From the human T2T-CHM13v2.0 reference genome, Homo sapiens: a stretch of 64,000 nucleotides of DNA. Below are positions 59,861-64,000 of this stretch, in pieces (positions within the stretch are counted from its first letter, which is position 1; each line of letters begins with the position of its first letter). The notes under the pieces were generated by a model. The model was not told where the DNA came from. It ran no database searches and worked only from the letters and a program-made list of their open reading frames with translations. A program made the position numbers and the translations under genes. Location: the NCBI RefSeq assembly GCF_009914755.1, contig NC_060929.1, one strand, 5' to 3'.

Positions 59861-62800
59861 TTATATATATATACATCACAACAACAGAATGAAGGACAAA
59901 AACCATATGACCACTCAATAGATGCAGAAAAAAAGCATTAGATAAAATTCAACATCCATTCATAACAAAAACTCTCCATAACTTAGGTACAGAAGGAATA
60001 TAACACAATAAAAGCCATATATGACAAACTCACAGCTAACATCATTGAACAGAGAAAAGCTGCAAGCCTTTCCTCTAAGAATTAGAACAAGATAAGATGC
60101 CCAGTTTCACCACTCTTACTGAAAATAGTACTGGAAGTCCTAACTAGAGCAATTAAGCAAGAGAAAGAAATAAACGACATATAAATTGGAAAACAGGAAG
60201 TCAAGTACTCCCTTTTCACAAACGACATAAACTTATATAGAGAAAATCCTAAGATGCCACTAAAAAATTCAGAACTGATAAATTCAATAAAGTTATAGGA
60301 TACAAAATCAACACACAAAAATCAGTAGCATTTCTATACACCAATAACAAACTAGCTGAAAAGAAATCAAAAAAGCAATCCCATTTATACTAGCTACAAA
60401 AAAAAAATACCTAGGAATAAATTTAACAAGGAAGTGAAAAAATCTCTATAAAGAAAACTACAAAACCCTGTTGAAAGAAATTGAAGAGAGACACAAAAAA
60501 ATGGAAAGACATCCCATGCACATGGCTCAGAAGAATTTAATACTGTTAAAATGACCATACTACCCAAAGCAATCTACAGATTCAACGCAGTCTTTATCAA
60601 ATTACAAATGACATTCTAGAGAACAGAAAAAAACAATCCTGAAATTTGTATGTATCCACAAAAGACCTTGAATAGCTAAAACAATCCCAAGCCAAAAGAA
60701 CAAAGCTGACAGCATCACACTACCTGACATCAAAATATACTACAAAGCAATAGTAATGAAACAAAATGGTGTTGGTATAAAAATATACATAAACCAAAGG
60801 AACAGAAAAAAGAACTCAGAAATAAATCCATGTGTTTACAACCAAATGATTTTCAACCAAGATGCCAAGAACATATATTGGGGAAAGGATATCCTTTTCA
60901 ATAAGCTAGAAAAACTGGATATCCTTATGCAGAAGAATGAAACTAGACCTCTATCTCTCACCATGTATAAAAGTCAACTCAAAATGGATTAAACACTAAA
61001 CTGTAAGACCTGAAACTATAAAACTACTAGAAGAAAACAGGGGAAATGTTTCAAGGACACTGATCTAGGCAAAGACTTTATGGGTAAGACTACAAAAGCA
61101 CAGGTAACAAAAACAAAAATAGACAAATGGAACTATATCAAACTAAAAAGCTTCTGCATAGCAAACAACACAATGAAGAGTAAACCCGTAGAATGGGAGA
61201 AAATATTTGAAAACTATTCATCCAACAAGGGACTAATATCCAGAATATACAAGGAGCTCAACAACAAAACTCAAATAATCCAATTAAAAAATGGGCAAAG
61301 GATCTGAATAGATATTTCTCAAAAGAAGACATACAACTGGCTGATAAGTATGTCAAAAAAATGCTCAACATCACTAATCATGAGGGTAATGCAAATGAAA
61401 ATCACAAGGAGATACCATCTCACTTCAGTTAGAATGGCTATTGTCAAATCTAACCTGCCTCTCGCTCATACTCTCCTCCTCTGTTTTCATAACTTGGCAG
61501 TAGTACTCTTTGCCCAAGGAAAGCAGTTAAGACACAGCAGGTAGGACACCAAATGCTCTTTCGTGGAGCACTGTAATAGAAGCCTGCATGTATGCAACGG
61601 CCGGCTGTACACTCATTAGCTCACTCTCAATTCAAGGCACGGGCAACTTAACAAATGATTTACATGTCTAAACGGATTTCATCCCAGCTTAATCTAGGTA
61701 ATTGGCAAAAGTTGGTGGTTAACTTACACAACTTCCACTCAGGAAAATGGAAAGCCATAATGAACTTTCAGGTAGTAAATGGTGAAAAAAAAAAAAATAC
61801 TGCTCCATTTATGACTCACAAGAATTCTATTAGAGAAACTGGAGGAAAAAATAATTATTTAATGGATGAATTTAATATGTCTTGTGTACTCTATTTTTTA
61901 AAGGGGGATACATGGTTAAGTCTTAATATTGAAGTGAAACATGTTCTGGCAGTTAGTGCTGGGTAGTCGGCTCCTATTTTACTCTGCTGGGACTCATAAA
62001 GCCTCCTGGGACTCGATGGGAGGTACCCAATTTAAGGTCACAATAGAATAGAATGGAAGTTACTCATCCAGAGAATCTTTCAGAAGTGTTCTAGCTAAAT
62101 CTTGATAGGGTACAAGCAATTAAAGTTTCCCAAGAGAAATAATCATTTAAGAATTCCCAATAAAGTATGGCATGTAGAATCAGGGCTAAAATTTCCACTG
62201 CCTGATGCTATTAAGTACTAAGGTCTCAGAATAGGCCAAGATTATCCAATATCCTAATTAAAAGTGGGATCAGCAACGCCAAAACTAACCACCAAGTGGA
62301 CAGATGACTAATTGCCCAGATGACAATACTGATATCTGGACTCAAGAGACTGCTGATGAAACTCCATGAGGAAGTTAGATCCTAATGCACAGCAATGTCT
62401 GTTCTTCACCCTATGCACTCACGACAGACAGTCTCACCCTGCTCTGCCTTTCTCAGCAGCTAGTCCAAGAGGGAGACAAAGAAATGGTTCAGGTATGAAA
62501 GAGCCAGGTTGTCTCTGTGCAAAGCCATGTGTCCCAGTGGAATGCCCTCACTGAATATGCTGCAATCACACTTATTTTTCAGCTGGAGTAAAGGAAAGCA
62601 CGTAATAAGGGTCCATATTCTCCATTCCTTCTTTTAATCCGTGTAGATAACTCAACAATTCCTTTATGGACCTGTGTGACTTCATTCCTCTTTAGTCTTC
62701 TCCCACACCTGATCTGAGGTTGCTCTCCTCCACCTCCAGCAATAAAACTGCCAAGTATGCAGTAAGAAGTGAAGTGCAAGACAAGCAGCCTTTATTTTCC

Positions 62801-63349
62801 CTTGGATTATCTGGCGGTAAGTGTCCACATGATAAAATAGCACTGAAACATGAGCAAAAATGTTTGCAGAAAAGTGGACTCACATTGTCGGGCTTAATCT
62901 GAGACATCAGGGAATTCTAGCATAATTCTTCACATGGGCCCTGAGCTGTTTAAAGATCACACACACTCTGCTACTAACCTCCTGAATATACCAATCCCCA
63001 TTGCTCAGAAAAGCTGAACCCAGAGCTACTGTTTCACCATTTCAGATTCTCCAGGAGAAGTACTAAGTTATGGCCACCATTTCCCAGGTGAGCAAAAGGC
63101 ATGAAAAGATTACCTTACTGAAACATCACTGCAACAAAACACAGCTCTGGTATGCTCTAAGAAGCCAAGAAAAATCCCAGCTGGTTTTATTGCAGCAACA
63201 CATTCAGTTCTCCACTCAACAAATCACAACTAGACCCACTGTTCAGTGAACAAGGTAAATTCTTACACATCAGGAAGCTTCAACAGACTTGGACCAGATT
63301 CACTCATCTCCCCAATTCCTCACCTTCCAGGTTTACATGTTGCCATTAC

Positions 63350-63615
63350 CTGTATAAGTGACGATTGTCTTCAAAATCTTCCTCACCCCATTTTCCCTTG
63401 ATGTCTTCAATAACGTGATTCTTCAGGAATTTTTTTAGCAGCTGGACCGTTTGTTTGCGGGTCACTTCAGGGCCGAAGTTTTGACTGCACCTCAGCAGCT
63501 CATGCAGCCAATCCACAGCTTCGGCCGCTGTGAAACAATGCTCATAGCTCTTGAAACGACAGCGATGTTTCCGTAACGGCATCTTAGCACGAAAAAGCTC
63601 CACGGTCTCATTCCA
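63350..63615 (-). CDS. DEPDC1B: DEPDC1B coding exon 2 (DEP domain), 266 bp
   Basis: Minus strand reads ctttcccctag|TGG AAT GAG...[37 protein letters not shown]...EDNRHLY-AG|gtaatg; matches the recalled human DEPDC1B N-terminus; canonical AG/GT; phase 0 to 2. Confidence 0.97.
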
Positions 63616-63919
63616 CTAGGGGAAAGAAAGAGAATGGCATTTAGTAATCAACTGATTTTTTTAAGATTACTACATCTCAAATAATTAAAGCAAAGAATGC
63701 AATTTTTCCACTTAAACTGCTTTAATAACAGGTAGAGCCTTGAAAATGTTTTATTTACAGGCTTCAAACTCTAATAAAGAAAAGTTTGGCAGAATGGATG
63801 GTGGCAATGGCTGTACAACACTGTGAATGTTCTTAGTGCCATAGAACTATATATATAAAAAACAGTTAAAATAGTTTTATATTATATATATTTTACCATA
63901 ATTAAAACAAAAATAAAAA

Positions 63920-64000
63920 CTTTTTTTTTTTTGAGATAGAGTCTAGCTTTGTCGCCCAGGCTGGAGTGCAGTGGCGTGTCTCTGCTCACTGCAACCTCCG
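63920..64000 (-). mobile_element. Alu (cut by window edge)
   Basis: Poly-T then gagatagagtctagctttgtcgcccaggctggagtgcagtgg. Confidence 0.9.

Overview
Primate (most likely human) genomic DNA, AT-rich and dominated by repeats. It covers coding exons 2-7 of DEPDC1B on the minus strand, with all GT-AG boundaries and phases read from the sequence; exon 1 and exons 8+ lie outside the window. The ~39.6-kb intron 2 holds a nested stack of elements: L1M fragments, MLT1, and a near full-length L1PB interrupted by THE1, an AluYd and an ~8-kb HERV-W (LTR17) provirus that itself carries an AluY. The provirus has two complete LTRs, recurrent gag and int/env deletions, and a tRNA-Ile rather than tRNA-Trp primer site. 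Intron 7 holds a CAB39 (MO25) processed retrocopy that is 3'-truncated and joined to an unidentified decayed acidic reading frame with three internal repeats and a downstream AATAAA; this is the best candidate for something undescribed. Smaller points: a 1.1-kb minisatellite apparently born from an inverted copy of its own flank at an Alu tail, an ancient duplicated CTCF-motif segment, and a MER85 with an intact palindrome. Repeat subfamily names and most repeat edges are recognised by eye and approximate. Almost all ORFs in the supplied track are non-coding.
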